DNA of 64,000 nucleotides from a virus (taxonomy: Duplodnaviria; Heunggongvirae; Uroviricota; Caudoviricetes). This document shows positions 63,475-64,000 of the stretch, piece after piece. The stretch covers positions 12,298 to 76,297 of IMG/VR virus record IMGVR_UViG_3300028920_000902; one strand, 5' to 3'. A model generated the notes under the pieces. The model was not told the DNA's origin. It was given only the letters and a program-made list of their open reading frames with translations, and ran no database searches. Each line of letters opens with the position of its first letter. Positions within the stretch are counted from its first letter, which is position 1. The translations under genes and the position numbers were made by a program.

Positions 63475-64000
63475 ATGAATGTGTACTGCAACACGGCCAT
63501 GTGTGAGATTGAAAGCAACTGTGAGAAACAGGATGCGGTGATGCTTCTTCAGGGGGCACGGAAGGTGGACTTGGACGAGTTTCCCAGCCTGAAGTACATG
63601 TACCGTGCCGGGATTGGAAGCGAGAACCTACCCCTTGAACAGATTGCCGAACGGGGGGTAAGGGTATGGTTCCCCCCAATGGGGGTAAGAGAAGAGATAT
63701 CAAAGGCCGTGGCAGAGTTGACGGTGGCCTTTATCATGCACGCAGCCACGTTGGACAAGTCAGACTTGGGTGAGTGGCACCGCTACAAGCGGGGCAGTTT
63801 GGTGGACAAGAAGATTCTGGTGATTGGAAATGGGCACATTGGCTCCAAGGTGGAGGCCATGCTGCCGTCTCGAACAATGGTGTATGACATCAAAAGCTCC
63901 ATGCCTAACGAGCTTGAGAAGTTTGCACGGGCAGCAGACATTGTGACCATTCACATACCGGCCAAGTGTATCAATCTTGGTACATCTGTGGCGTACAATC
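63475..64000 (+). CDS. D-isomer-specific 2-hydroxyacid dehydrogenase family protein (3' partial, runs off window)
   Basis: ILVIGNGHIGSKV NAD-binding GxGxxG motif; no stop before the window end. Confidence 0.7.
   Translation, partial: MNVYCNTAMCEIESNCEKQDAVMLLQGARKVDLDEFPSLKYMYRAGIGSENLPLEQIAERGVRVWFPPMGVREEISKAVAELTVAFIMHAATLDKSDLGEWHRYKRGSLVDKKILVIGNGHIGSKVEAMLPSRTMVYDIKSSMPNELEKFARAADIVTIHIPAKCINLGTSVAYN

Noticed and set aside
1-64000. Prophage boundaries, integrase or att sites
   Set aside because: No integrase, excisionase or tRNA was seen. Genes are phage-like across the whole window, so integration status cannot be judged from this window.

Overview
This looks like a ~64 kb stretch of a large tailed dsDNA phage (or phage-like element) from a Gram-negative-type host; RBS motifs such as AAGGAG and sigma70-like promoters recur throughout. 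The window has four blocks.

(1) 1-20.8 kb, + strand: tail and virion genes. These include a PKD/LamG tail fiber, a 732 aa structural protein, and a 1757 aa virion protein carrying a complete GGDEF (GGEEF) diguanylate-cyclase domain. There is a repeat-containing tail fiber and a beta-helix tailspike with an (SGSA)n linker. Sugar-modifying genes sit among them: a sulfotransferase-like gene, a GT2-methyltransferase fusion and a truncated GT2.

(2) 20.8-30.7 kb, - strand: lysis, recombination, replication and early genes. These are an M15 endolysin, VRR-NUC, RHH, a Rad52-like annealing protein, a DUF736-like protein, a primase-polymerase/helicase and a replisome-organizer-like protein. Many tiny Cys-rich early ORFs follow, and conserved intergenic motifs recur between operons. 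One + strand DUF559 endonuclease island has its own TTGCAA-N17-TATATT promoter.

(3) 30.8-40.2 kb, + strand: a terminase-small-like HTH protein, HNH endonuclease, a Lar-like protein, a double AP2-domain protein, a metallophosphoesterase, an SPFH protein, a DUF4406 protein and the large terminase.

(4) 40.2-64 kb, + strand: a ~24 kb glycan biosynthesis and transfer island. It encodes a GNAT, a LicD-like protein, a beta-class DNA methyltransferase with a (TGC)7(GGC)4 repeat, and many glycosyltransferases (GT2, GT4, GT9, GT47-like, CgeB-like). It also encodes two FkbM methyltransferases and a sialic-acid-type synthase (NeuB-like). There are two CMP-sugar synthetases, three CstII/Maf-like nonulosonic-acid transferase paralogs and a B12-radical-SAM enzyme. 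Three stand-alone ParB/Srx-fold paralogs are interleaved, and a partial 2-hydroxyacid dehydrogenase runs off the window end.

No tRNA, rRNA, CRISPR array, integrase or att site was seen. All calls come from reading motifs in the supplied translations; no database search was run.
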